Shown here piece by piece: positions 38,282 to 47,353 of a stretch of 64,000 nucleotides of DNA (within the stretch, counting starts at the first letter, position 1; each line of letters begins with the position of its first letter). The translations under genes were made by a program, and so were the position numbers. The DNA comes from Minisyncoccota bacterium (GTDB taxonomy: Bacteria > Patescibacteriota > Minisyncoccia > Phycocordibacterales > JAQTLZ01), in NCBI GenBank assembly GCA_028711065.1, contig JAQTSY010000005.1:7656-71655 (forward strand), written 5' to 3'. The notes beneath the pieces are model-generated. The model saw only the letters and a list, made by a program, of their open reading frames with translations, was not told the DNA's origin and ran no database searches.

Positions 38282-38671
38282 CTACTTAGGCTTCCACTCC
38301 GTCGGTTGCATAAGACCGAGACGATTTCCTTCGGTATCTTTGGCCCCAGCAAACCAGCCGACGTGCGGAATTTCCATCTTTTCTTTGGTTATAGTGCCCC
38401 CATTTTTTTTGATTGCTTCCATTGCCTTATCGAGATCCTCAACTTGCACGGTACAATCATAGAGATAAAATTTCTCTCCTTTTTGAGGCCGCTCGTACAT
38501 CCCGCCGTTTATTCCGGGCCCTTTCCCCGTTTCAATTCCCCAATAATCCATCCCGCCCTCCTCTTTTTTCATCATAAGGCTTATTTTCCAGCCTAATGCT
38601 TTCTCGTAAAATTTCTTTGCCCGCTCTACATCATCTGCTTGAATTTCAAAATGTATAACTCTATTGTTCAT
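38282..38671 (-). CDS. VOC/glyoxalase family protein (alternative start 38704)
   Basis: VIHFEI, RAKKFY, GINGG, DTEGN. Confidence 0.9.
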   Translation of the reverse strand: MNNRVIHFEIQADDVERAKKFYEKALGWKISLMMKKEEGGMDYWGIETGKGPGINGGMYERPQKGEKFYLYDCTVQVEDLDKAMEAIKKNGGTITKEKMEIPHVGWFAGAKDTEGNRLGLMQPTEWKPK

Positions 38672-38696
38672 AGGAGTAAAGTGAGAATTGATAAAA

Positions 38697-38981
38697 TTAC
38701 TCAAAGACCCTTAAGACCTCCCGGCGACCAGTTAGATAGAGATCGTGATAACCCTTCATTTTCTCTTTCCATTGTTTTTCTTCATCCGCCGTATAGCTTT
38801 TCATTCTTGCTTCAAATTCAGCCAGGTCTTTGAATTCGGTCTCCAAAATCACTTGGTTGAAATCGCTCACGAAATCCGTCAAAACTCTGAAATTCCCTTT
38901 CATCTTCATACCCTTAAACATCTTTGCCAAGGTTGAAGCTTTCCCAGGCTTCGCAATAAAAATTTCTCGAATGATTATCAT
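38697..38981 (-). CDS. Small NIPSNAP-like hypothetical protein
   Basis: IREIFIAKPGKA; lies between two VOC genes on the same strand. Confidence 0.7.
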   Translation of the reverse strand: MIIIREIFIAKPGKASTLAKMFKGMKMKGNFRVLTDFVSDFNQVILETEFKDLAEFEARMKSYTADEEKQWKEKMKGYHDLYLTGRREVLRVFE

Positions 38982-39011
38982 TGTAGTGTTTAATTAAACT
39001 AATAATAAAAA

Positions 39012-39422
39012 CTATTTTTGTATCATTTTCGGATCCATCCACATCACCTCCCAAATATGACCATCGAGGTCATTTACTGATCTCCCATACATAGAATCTC
39101 CCACGTTCATCTCTGGCACAATATTTTCTTTCCCACCCATCGAAATCGCCTTATTCACCCATTCGTCTACTTTTTCTTTGCTTTCGGCCGAAATGCAGAT
39201 GGCGCACTCAACGTCGGAACTATTATCAACCACACCTCGCTTCGCTAATTTTTTAAAGAAATCATGAACAACAAGCATGACAAAAATATTTTCATCTACA
39301 ATCATGCATGTCGCATTCTGGTCGGTGAACTGTTTGTTAAACGTATATCCAAGCCCCGTAAAAAACTCGATGGAGTGATTCAAATCTTTCACAGGCAAAT
39401 TCACAAATATATTTGTTTTCAT
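39012..39422 (-). CDS. VOC/glyoxalase family protein
   Basis: IFVNLPVKDL, FTDQNATCM, DLDGHIWEV. Confidence 0.9.
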   Translation of the reverse strand: MKTNIFVNLPVKDLNHSIEFFTGLGYTFNKQFTDQNATCMIVDENIFVMLVVHDFFKKLAKRGVVDNSSDVECAICISAESKEKVDEWVNKAISMGGKENIVPEMNVGDSMYGRSVNDLDGHIWEVMWMDPKMIQK

Positions 39423-39502
39423 ATACGAATGCTCATATATTTCTAATAAAGACCTTTGGCCCCGCGCCCGAAGGGCGGGGGCATTTCTTTCCCCTTCCCT
39501 TT

Positions 39503-40804
39503 TTATTTCCCTCCTCCAGAATACTTGAAAATATTTTTAACCGCCCCACCAAAAAATTCCTTTGAATAATCGATTCCTTTTTCGAAGAGCATGATAAATC
39601 CTGGGCTTCTTCCTACATCATACAATGACGCCCAAATATTATGTCTGCCAAACACTTTGTCGACAACTATCTGCGCAGTAATACCTGCATAGGTCATCCC
39701 ATTCCCTGAAAATCCGAATGCATACATAACACGCTCACCCGGATGGAGTTCGCCAATGTATGCCAATCCATCAATGGATTCGAGGATCGGCCCGCTCCAT
39801 CTTCGTACTATTTTATAGGAAAGTTTTGGAAAAGTCGTGGCCACAAAATCCTCGAGAGCTTTGAAACATTTTTCTTCGTTTATATGAATGTCAGCACGAT
39901 GATCTTCGCCCCCGACAATCATCCGGTCAAATTTTTTCCCTGCATCAACTCTCCAATAATGATAGGGACTTTTCAAATCCTCATATATGCCTTCCGGTAA
40001 AACTCCCTTTTCTATTTCAAGTTCAAACACATAGGACGTATAGAGGGCTTTTTTGAAATACAGAGAGGATGGATGCTTGAACGGCTCATACGTAGAAGCG
40101 ATGACCCAATCCGCTCTGATGTTTCCTGAAGCTGTCCTAACCGCCTGCGCCTTTCCGTGCGAGTTATGCATAATCGAAAGTGCTTCAGTATTCTCATATA
40201 TTTCCACGCCAAGTTTTCTCGCTCGTTCGAGAAGCGCGCCGATAAATTTCATAGGATGAAACTTTGCTTGGCCCTCTGTTAACAAGTATCCTTCATTTTT
40301 AAATCCAAGTTCATTCTCTTCTTTCCCGACAAAAGAAGCTTCTCGCCCAAGAGTCTTCAGCACTCTTAATTCCTCCTTAAGCAGATTTTTTTCTTTGACA
40401 GTGGTGGCATAGATACGATTTTCACAGCGAGTGAAATCGCAGTCAATCTTTTCATCGCGGATGATGGATTCGATAAGAAGAATAGCTTCTTCATGAGAAT
40501 TGAGAATAATACTTGCAGGAATCGTTCCCAAACCTTTTACGAGCTCTGAGGGCCTGGTATCCAAAGATTCAGTAATAAAAGCGGTGGTAACACCCGTAGC
40601 GCCGAAGCCAACTTTCCCCTTCTCAACAAGGACAACTTTTTTTCCCCCTTTGGCGAGGAGATACGCCGAAAGTGCTCCAGTAATTCCGCCCCCAATAATG
40701 ACGACGTGAGCGGAGGTGTCAGCATCGAGCGCAGGATATTTCCTAAGAGTAACGCCTTCATCCCAGGTCAGAACATCCGTTGTGTTTTGATCTTCTCTCT
40801 TCAT
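39503..40804 (-). CDS. FAD-dependent oxidoreductase (DAO/YhfW-like, no Rieske domain)
   Basis: IIGGGITG, GATGVTTA, QAKFHP, VGGEDH, GFSGNGMT. Confidence 0.9.
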   Translation of the reverse strand: MKREDQNTTDVLTWDEGVTLRKYPALDADTSAHVVIIGGGITGALSAYLLAKGGKKVVLVEKGKVGFGATGVTTAFITESLDTRPSELVKGLGTIPASIILNSHEEAILLIESIIRDEKIDCDFTRCENRIYATTVKEKNLLKEELRVLKTLGREASFVGKEENELGFKNEGYLLTEGQAKFHPMKFIGALLERARKLGVEIYENTEALSIMHNSHGKAQAVRTASGNIRADWVIASTYEPFKHPSSLYFKKALYTSYVFELEIEKGVLPEGIYEDLKSPYHYWRVDAGKKFDRMIVGGEDHRADIHINEEKCFKALEDFVATTFPKLSYKIVRRWSGPILESIDGLAYIGELHPGERVMYAFGFSGNGMTYAGITAQIVVDKVFGRHNIWASLYDVGRSPGFIMLFEKGIDYSKEFFGGAVKNIFKYSGGGK

Positions 40805-40860
40805 GCTTTACAAAACGTATGAGAAAGATGTTCATTACAAAATTGCAAAATTACAACACT

Positions 40861-40896
40861 AAAAAACATCTGGCACTATAGTGCCAGATGTTTTTT
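40861..40896. terminator. Palindromic (bidirectional) terminator-like element
   Basis: AAAAAACATCTGGCACTATAGTGCCAGATGTTTTTT, just downstream of the 40919..41110 gene. Confidence 0.7.
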
Positions 40897-40918
40897 CTTT
40901 CCTCATCGAAATTCCCGC

Positions 40919-41110
40919 CTATGCATGTACTTTGGATTCAAACATTTTCATCATATCAGCATCCGACATTCCCATTTCCTTCATCTTGTCGGTGTGTGCC
41001 TCTTTCATATGCTTCATCATTTTCCCAGCTACCTCTTTCGTGGAATTTCCTGTTGCCTCAAAATGGCAATCTGTCTCGGGATCAAGATCCTTGCATGCAA
41101 GTTTCATCAT
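40919..41110 (-). CDS. DUF1059-like small metal-binding protein
   Basis: LACKD...CHF...HMKEAH. Confidence 0.8.
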   Translation of the reverse strand: MMKLACKDLDPETDCHFEATGNSTKEVAGKMMKHMKEAHTDKMKEMGMSDADMMKMFESKVHA

Positions 41111-41164
41111 GGTAGTTTTAGCTTAAAGGCTGATAACGACCACAAAACTCTCTTCGAAAAAGAA

Positions 41165-41467
41165 TTAATGATTTTGTGTCTGTTGATAGCAAGCGACATC
41201 ATACTGGGACACCGCATGGGTGCTATTTGAATGTTCTGCCGACGCTGACCCGTCGCTTCCCGCATACACAGTTTCTGCGTGCGCAAAACCGCCGCTACTG
41301 AACCCTTTCGGAGCCATCGTAGCGTTCTCTGCTCCGCACTCAGCTCCAGGTTGTCCGGTGCCAGATGGATTTGGAGCTGCTAAAACTAAAGTCGCCGCAA
41401 TAAGAGATCCCGCAACGGAAAGACCGACAGCTGTACCAAGAGTGGTAAGAAGTTTTTTTGTTTTCAT
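41165..41467 (-). CDS. Small secreted hypothetical protein
   Basis: Signal peptide; two Cys; C-terminal SQYDVACYQ. Confidence 0.7.
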   Translation of the reverse strand: MKTKKLLTTLGTAVGLSVAGSLIAATLVLAAPNPSGTGQPGAECGAENATMAPKGFSSGGFAHAETVYAGSDGSASAEHSNSTHAVSQYDVACYQQTQNH

Positions 41468-41638
41468 ATTTTTAAAAATAAATTAAATCCGCGGATAATT
41501 CCGACCTTTGCTATACAGACGCGGGCTTTTATCTTTCATGACATCTTTCAAAAAAATCGACACAAAAATTCTGCGACCGCAACTGTTTCAGTTCACTGTC
41601 ATGGGTCAAGGCTCTCGCACGTCATAAGGGAAGAGGCT

Positions 41639-41929
41639 ATGAATACCATCCTACAAACCAATATCTTCTTCATCATTACCTCTGTAGCAGTTGTAGTAGT
41701 CCTTTTGTTTCTCATCGTGATTCTCTCGTTCACAATCTTGATCTTGAAGGACCTGAAACACCTCACAAAGAAAGGAAAAGAAGAGGGAGAGAAGATCTTG
41801 GATGATATAGGAGGCATGCGAAGCGAAATTAAAGCCAAGAAAACGGCAATTGCTCTTTTTCTTTTCTTCTTAGGACAAAGGATTAAAAAGTTTTTCCATC
41901 GAAGACCGCGTGAAGAAGAATATTACTAA
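41639..41929 (+). CDS. Small membrane protein (DUF948-like)
   Basis: IFFIITSVAVV TM followed by a coiled segment. Confidence 0.65.
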   Translation: MNTILQTNIFFIITSVAVVVVLLFLIVILSFTILILKDLKHLTKKGKEEGEKILDDIGGMRSEIKAKKTAIALFLFFLGQRIKKFFHRRPREEEYY

Positions 41930-41949
41930 CTTAATTTCTTAAACACACC

Positions 41950-42291
41950 ATGAAAACAGTAACAAAATTAGGACTCTTAGGAGCTGTAGCGGGAGTTGGA
42001 TATTATTTGTATGGAAGCGAACATGCAAAAAAGCACCGGGAGGCTGCCAGCTCTTGGATGAAAAAAGCTCAAAAAGAAGTTGCCTCGCAAGTTAAAAAAC
42101 TGAAAGAGGAAACGTTAACAAAAGAAAATTACGAAAAAATAGTGGAAGAAGTGGGCAAAAAATACCAGCTTCTCCTTTCGCTCAAAAATGAGGAAGTAAC
42201 AAAATTTGTGGATATCTTGGATGGCGCCTGGGAAGATCTCAAAGGCCAAGCTCACACTACAGCAAAAGTCATCAAAAGAGGGATGAAATAA
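41950..42291 (+). CDS. YtxH-like small helical protein
   Basis: GLLGAVAGVGYYLYG N-terminus followed by charged helices. Confidence 0.65.
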   Translation: MKTVTKLGLLGAVAGVGYYLYGSEHAKKHREAASSWMKKAQKEVASQVKKLKEETLTKENYEKIVEEVGKKYQLLLSLKNEEVTKFVDILDGAWEDLKGQAHTTAKVIKRGMK

Positions 42292-42303
42292 AAGGGATTC
42301 GAT

Positions 42304-42777
42304 TTATCCAAGCAAATCTCGAAGCCGAGGATATTTAGAAAAAATCGAAAGTCCAGAGAACCAATGCTGGAAGCCAAAGGCTCGTCCAGCATTATGGTAT
42401 GCCAATACCAGAAGCCCAGCTGCATAGATGATATGGTCGTCGACAATAAGTGAGTGAGCGTCTGGATGGAGAATCCCGAGTGGAAGCCAATAAAGAACCA
42501 TAAGAAGCGCACCCAATTTTGCAGACAGGCGTACGCCAATTCCCAAGATAAGAGAAACGCCGAGAAGCGTGAGTCCCCAAACATTTACAAAATTAACGAT
42601 CGGGAGAATGCTTGGAGTGGCGAGAAAATGATAAAATCCGACAAATGTCTTTGCTCCGGCAAGATAGCCGCCGGCTGAAAAATTCGGATCAAGAAGATGG
42701 GTAATACCGGCATAGAAAAACATCCATCCCATCGTTATCCTCAAAAGAAACAACGAGAGTTTATGAAAATGAGTCAT
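42304..42777 (-). CDS. DoxX/DoxD (TQO small subunit-like) membrane protein
   Basis: LRITMGWMFFYAG, FSAGGYL, IVDDHIIY. Confidence 0.8.
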   Translation of the reverse strand: MTHFHKLSLFLLRITMGWMFFYAGITHLLDPNFSAGGYLAGAKTFVGFYHFLATPSILPIVNFVNVWGLTLLGVSLILGIGVRLSAKLGALLMVLYWLPLGILHPDAHSLIVDDHIIYAAGLLVLAYHNAGRAFGFQHWFSGLSIFSKYPRLRDLLG

Positions 42778-42795
42778 GAAATAAATAATAATGAA

Positions 42796-42990
42796 TTAGA
42801 AATAATGCCCGGAACCTTTTTCTTCTGTAGTATGAGTTTTGTCCTCCTCTCTTCTCTTTGGTCTCATTTGCTCCTTCGGTTTCTTTTGTTTGCGCACTGG
42901 ATTCATCATCGCGTTTTTCACTTTTCCTTCAAGACGGGGAGGGCGAGTAAGATGCCACCCCTCACGAAGCAGTCTTTTTTTATCAATCAT
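42796..42990 (-). CDS. Small basic hypothetical protein
   Basis: 64-aa ORF co-oriented with its neighbours; no motif recognised. Confidence 0.4.
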   Translation of the reverse strand: MIDKKRLLREGWHLTRPPRLEGKVKNAMMNPVRKQKKPKEQMRPKRREEDKTHTTEEKGSGHYF

Positions 42991-43165
42991 GGAAGTAGGA
43001 GTTTACAAATAACCCGGCTATAGCAATGCCGATTCGGCCTAGGCGTGGGAGAGAGGTGGTGAGTAGATTTCCTGCATCATCGACTGCCCTCGTCATTCGG
43101 CAATACCTGATACATCGTCATCTCTATTATATTCTTCGACCTTTAGATCCGCAAGAAGTTACCCC

Positions 43166-44146
43166 CTAGCGAATTCCTGTATCGCAAGAAATATTCACCC
43201 CGTTTGTAGTCGGAGCTTTTACTGAAACTGTGAGCGGAGAACACCTTGGGTATGGATTTCCGCCAGTGGCTTGAATTGTGTAGTCTCCATACGGAAGGGT
43301 GAGACTGAAGCTCCCGTCACTTCCGCTTTGTGTGGTCTTCACTGTTCTTGTATTTGTTGTTGAGTCTGCTTCAATCGTCGTTTGATACGGCTTTGGAGCA
43401 CAAGCAGGATCAGGCGGGATTTTTTCTACAGGACAAACTGGAGAAAGCGTTACGGAGCCATTCACAACACTTTCTCTTGCACATGTTCCCCCAACATCGC
43501 CGAAAGGAAGATGCGACGCAGGATCAGGTACACATTGAAGACCTGCCTGACAGACAGGTGCATTCAGCATATTTCCTCCACAGCGCTCTCCAAGTCCGGC
43601 AAGTTTTTGACTCGTAACGTGAAAAGTAATTCGATACTGGCCCGCTGAAATCTCCTTTTGACTTTCTCTAGCTGGAGTTACCGAAGTTATTGATACTTGG
43701 TATTTCCCAAAAGAATAGGGTGCGTCGGAGAGAGACATAGTTCTCGTTAGTGTTTGTGTTCCGTCTGAAAGGGTGACGCTTACATTTACTGTACCAGCCT
43801 GGATACAAACTACATCTGTAGGACATCGGCTATCTCCGATAATAATGTTGAGAGTAACAGCGAGCGCTCCGATATTTCCTTTTTGTCCAATGCTAAGTGT
43901 TACATCTCCACTTGCTGGAGGTATTTGGGTTGAAGTTGGAGTACCTGGACACTCTGCAAATTCACAATTTGGGCCAACACGTCCAACGGAGCTCCCATCA
44001 GGACAAATTTTTGCTTCCATTGTGCAGGCGACTGGCGAAGGTGTCGGCGTTCCAATAGGTGCGGTGCCATTCTTCGGCCAGAAAAGAAAAACTGCTCCAA
44101 TGATGATGAGAAAGATAAGTATCGTAATTGTAAGAGGATTTTTCAT
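43166..44146 (-). CDS. Membrane-anchored Cys-rich extracellular multidomain protein
   Basis: ACTMEAKICPDGSSVGRVGPNCEFAECP, DSRCPTDVVCIQAG, and a C-terminal carboxypeptidase-regulatory-like beta domain (DGSFSLTLPYGDY). Confidence 0.8.
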   Translation of the reverse strand: MKNPLTITILIFLIIIGAVFLFWPKNGTAPIGTPTPSPVACTMEAKICPDGSSVGRVGPNCEFAECPGTPTSTQIPPASGDVTLSIGQKGNIGALAVTLNIIIGDSRCPTDVVCIQAGTVNVSVTLSDGTQTLTRTMSLSDAPYSFGKYQVSITSVTPARESQKEISAGQYRITFHVTSQKLAGLGERCGGNMLNAPVCQAGLQCVPDPASHLPFGDVGGTCARESVVNGSVTLSPVCPVEKIPPDPACAPKPYQTTIEADSTTNTRTVKTTQSGSDGSFSLTLPYGDYTIQATGGNPYPRCSPLTVSVKAPTTNGVNISCDTGIR

Positions 44147-44168
44147 GCGATTTCGGAAAAACAACCTT

Positions 44169-44411
44169 TTATTTTTTAGTAAAAAGTTCTGAAGCCTTAA
44201 GCTTGATGACCAAAAAAAGATAAATAATATCGAGAATGCCTGCTGTGTTCACCAAAAGAAGTATTACGAACCACCATTCCTGCCCGCGCCGTCCCGAATG
44301 CCAAAGCGCCAGTCCTTTCCAGAAAATACTCCAGAGAGCGAGAAGAATAAATACTGGTCCAAATGGACGGATCCAATTCGGTCCCAAACCCATTCCATTA
44401 AAGTTATACAT
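44169..44411 (-). CDS. DUF5652-like small membrane protein
   Basis: WSIFWKGLALWHS...WF...NTAGIL. Confidence 0.8.
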   Translation of the reverse strand: MYNFNGMGLGPNWIRPFGPVFILLALWSIFWKGLALWHSGRRGQEWWFVILLLVNTAGILDIIYLFLVIKLKASELFTKK

Positions 44412-44523
44412 AGGTTGAGTTGTTAAAATGAGTAAATCTCTCTACACATAAGCCGTACAAAAAGCGAAATTCTTACAAAATTATTTCTGCTTCCAGAGGA
44501 GGAAAAACTTAAAAAAGTTTCAT

Positions 44524-44739
44524 TTACATATCAGGCGTTCCAGCCCAGGTTTTCATAAAATCTTCACTCCATTTTTTCATCATCGGGTCGTCCTTCGGCA
44601 TCTTCTTTACATCAGCTGCCATTTTAGGATGCGCTTTTTCTAAGTGCTTCATCCCATTTGCCATAAGCTCCTCCGGAGTCGTGCCTGTTATAGGTTCATC
44701 GCACTCACCCCCCATCGCCCTACATGTTATTGTTTTCAT
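44524..44739 (-). CDS. DUF1059-like small metal-binding protein
   Basis: ITCRAMGGECD...HLEKAH. Confidence 0.8.
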   Translation of the reverse strand: MKTITCRAMGGECDEPITGTTPEELMANGMKHLEKAHPKMAADVKKMPKDDPMMKKWSEDFMKTWAGTPDM

Positions 44740-44779
44740 GAGTTTACAAAAATTAATTTTTAATATTATTATTCTATCA

Positions 44780-44977
44780 TTATTTTCTCTTTCGGAGTTT
44801 TTGTCTCGGCACTTTATCTCCTCCCCTGCGCGCTTCTGAAATTGCGATAGCCACTGCCTGTTTTTGGCTTGTTACTCTTTTGCGAGATGTGCCGCTTTTA
44901 AGTTTTCCTTTTCCAAACTCATGCATAACTCGGCTAATTTTCTTTTGGGCTTTTGGTCCATACTTTGTCATATCCAT
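44780..44977 (-). CDS. DUF6496-like small basic protein
   Basis: VMHEFGKGKLKSG...KQAVAIAISEAR. Confidence 0.8.
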   Translation of the reverse strand: MDMTKYGPKAQKKISRVMHEFGKGKLKSGTSRKRVTSQKQAVAIAISEARRGGDKVPRQKLRKRK

Positions 44978-45091
44978 AACGACGAGAAGGAAAGAAAAAA
45001 TTTACAGCACATATCACCCGCAACATTGTTTGACTATTATTTTTGAATATTGTATTTTAAGTTTCGGCAAACGAACCTTAGGAGGGACTAA

Positions 45092-45685
45092 ATGCAAGCT
45101 GGAGAATTGTACGACCTTGCGTACAGTGCGCTAGGAGATACTCTCACACTCGAACCTGCTGTCGCTACGACAATCGCGGTAAAACACGCGGCCAAAGGAA
45201 AAGCTTTGGACATAGGATGCGGTCAAGGCAGGGACACTCTGTTCCTTGCCGAGAGCGGGTTCGATGTGGTCGGTATCGACATTTCGAGGGTAGGCATTGA
45301 GAGGCTGAACGCAAGAGTTAAGGGCAAGAACCTCAAGCTGAAAACTGTAGTGGGAGACGTCCGCCAGGAGCTTTTAAAAGACGAATACACCCTTATCGTC
45401 TGCAATCGCGTCCTACAGGACATCCCGCAAAAAGACAGCTTGTGGATGATCGAGCGTATGCAGTCTAAAACATTGCCTCGAGGCGTCAATTTCATTGCTG
45501 CCTACGGCCATGGTACGCTCGAAACAAATCGGCTTCTGGACGAAGAAGGTCATTTTTTTGGGAGTAGTGAGCTCCGCAAGCTCTATGTTGGATGGGAAAT
45601 ACTTTATTACTCATCCGACATGGAGCAGATCGGCAGAGCAACATACAACCCTTTCTTTACCATCGTCGCACAGAAACCAAAGTAA
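45092..45685 (+). CDS. Class I SAM-dependent methyltransferase (TehB-like)
   Basis: ALDIGCGQGRD, GIDIS; SD-like AGGAGG upstream. Confidence 0.85.
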   Translation: MQAGELYDLAYSALGDTLTLEPAVATTIAVKHAAKGKALDIGCGQGRDTLFLAESGFDVVGIDISRVGIERLNARVKGKNLKLKTVVGDVRQELLKDEYTLIVCNRVLQDIPQKDSLWMIERMQSKTLPRGVNFIAAYGHGTLETNRLLDEEGHFFGSSELRKLYVGWEILYYSSDMEQIGRATYNPFFTIVAQKPK

Positions 45686-45726
45686 CCGAAATGAATGCAA
45701 CGCAAATTCCCGCGTTGCGTTTTTAT

Positions 45727-46284
45727 TTAACGAAAGAGTCTGCCGAAAAAGCTTTTCGCGCGACCCCAGGCTGTTTGAGGACGGCTTGGCATTGGCATAG
45801 TTGTCGGTGCGTCCTCTATTTTTTTAGTTGGAGAAATTTCCCTCAGTTTTGCTCGGGTAAATTCGAGTTCCAAACGCCTTCCTACCTCCGCGCTTTCTGG
45901 ATTAAAGCTGTAGAATTTTGCTTTTTTCGGGTATTTTTCTATAAAACCTCTTACAGCTTGTTCGATAACTTGTTCTTTGGAGTGTTTTCCTCCTTCGCCT
46001 ATAACAATACGCGCCACCTCTTTAAAAGCCGGGTCGTCAAACGGATCAGGGTAAATTTTCTCCTTTTCTGGGATATCAAGCTTTTGCCCACGAGATTCAA
46101 CTTTCGCCCGACGCTCTTTGGCAAATTTCAGAAATTCGGGATCTTCGTTGGGGTTATCACGTACTTTCATTTTCTCCCCCGTAAACGTACCTTCCGTAAC
46201 CGGAGTCACAAAAGCCTGTGTGTCGGAAAATGTTTCGCCTTCCGCGCCACTCTCCGTTTTAGTATCAAGATTTTCTAGGGGCAT
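45727..46284 (-). CDS. Hypothetical protein
   Basis: 185-aa charged ORF with ATG start; the opposite-strand ORF looks like a shadow. Confidence 0.7.
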   Translation of the reverse strand: MPLENLDTKTESGAEGETFSDTQAFVTPVTEGTFTGEKMKVRDNPNEDPEFLKFAKERRAKVESRGQKLDIPEKEKIYPDPFDDPAFKEVARIVIGEGGKHSKEQVIEQAVRGFIEKYPKKAKFYSFNPESAEVGRRLELEFTRAKLREISPTKKIEDAPTTMPMPSRPQTAWGRAKSFFGRLFR

Positions 46285-46403
46285 AAGATGTTTAATTATT
46301 AGAGATAATTATAGTAAAGAATCAGACAAGGGACAATGCGCCGAAAATGGAGCGAAAAAAAACGGAGCCACTTCGTGACTCCAGTTCGTAAACACTCTGC
46401 GAT

Positions 46404-47186
46404 CTACGCAACCAGCTCGTAATACCGCTTGTTGTAGTAGGTCAATTTGAGCCGGCCGTTGGACCCTTCATTGGGATAACCCGTGTACAGGGTCGCTCCA
46501 CAATTAATCGGCTTCTCCTCTTCATCAAGCCGGATGAATTCTTTGTCACCAAGCCGTTCGAAATTCGCCCGAATTCCAAGGATGTTGAGGTGATGAGTTA
46601 CCGCCAGCACATCCTTTTGGGCAAAATCTCGAATCAGCGTAGTGGTCCAAGACCGATTCCGCTCCCGAACGTCGGGCACATTCTCGCCCTGCGGATACCG
46701 ATACCAGTACGGTCCCTCCAGTTCGTAGAGAGCGGCTTGATCAGGGTGAAGAGCGTGGAAAACCCGCCAGTCGTTGTAGAGAAGCGCGAGACCGTGTTCC
46801 TGTTCTCTGATTCGCTCCTCTTGATAGACCTTGACCGATTTTAGCGCCGGCCAGCCCCGCATCATGTGCTCCAGAGTAAGACACGCGCGAAGGTAAGGCG
46901 AGACAAAAATGACATGAGGTGTCGTCTCACAGGCAGACAACGCTCGGCCAGTTTCGAACGCCTGCCGACCCTCGAGGTCAGCGAGCGGTGTATCGGCATC
47001 GCCAACGCCGAGCGCGAACTTCTCCTTCACTTTCCGTGCCAACTTCTGCGTCCTCCCGGAATGCTTATCGCGTTCCCAGGCGACAAGGAAATCCTGATAC
47101 AGCGGATCCTCTTTCTTCTTGCCCCGGAGTTCGTTGAACACCGAGGTATCATGACGAAAGAGACGTATGGAATTCGGCCATTTCAT
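46404..47186 (-). CDS. Histidine phosphatase (phosphoglycerate mutase-like)
   Basis: LFRHD, SPYLRA, IREQEHG, PQGEN, VTHH. Confidence 0.88.
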   Translation of the reverse strand: MKWPNSIRLFRHDTSVFNELRGKKKEDPLYQDFLVAWERDKHSGRTQKLARKVKEKFALGVGDADTPLADLEGRQAFETGRALSACETTPHVIFVSPYLRACLTLEHMMRGWPALKSVKVYQEERIREQEHGLALLYNDWRVFHALHPDQAALYELEGPYWYRYPQGENVPDVRERNRSWTTTLIRDFAQKDVLAVTHHLNILGIRANFERLGDKEFIRLDEEEKPINCGATLYTGYPNEGSNGRLKLTYYNKRYYELVA

Positions 47187-47244
47187 GGCTATTGCTCCTT
47201 TCTTTCAATGAGTCTCCAAAATGAATGATTGCCTCCTTTTCTTA

Positions 47245-47272
47245 ATACTACACAAAATTAATGATGTGTCAA
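47245..47272 (-). promoter_or_regulatory. Sigma70-type promoter
   Basis: TTGACA-N16-TAGTAT upstream of the histidine phosphatase gene. Confidence 0.5.
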
Positions 47273-47295
47273 TATATAATTTCGGGCACAACAAG

Positions 47296-47333
47296 AAACC
47301 AGCCCCGTTTCCTTTAGGAAACGGGGCTGGTTT
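47296..47333 (-). terminator. Intrinsic terminator
   Basis: AAACCAGCCCCGTTTCC-TTTA-GGAAACGGGGCTGGTTT downstream of the cohesin gene. Confidence 0.8.
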
Positions 47334-47353
47334 TAGAGACTCTGTCGAACAAA

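Noticed and set aside
40861-40896. Third member of the 36-bp palindrome family
   Set aside because: The sequence is unrelated to the TrpR-flanking core; the A/T tails and position after a gene fit a terminator.
42995-43160. Possible small RNA or ORF in this intergenic gap
   Set aside because: Only very short ORFs and a weak hairpin (GCCGATTCGGC); no recognisable motif.
45592-46278. 228-aa plus-strand ORF
   Set aside because: Phe/Arg-rich antisense shadow of the 45727..46284 gene; the same applies to other long antisense ORFs such as 7157..7966 and 59183..59833.
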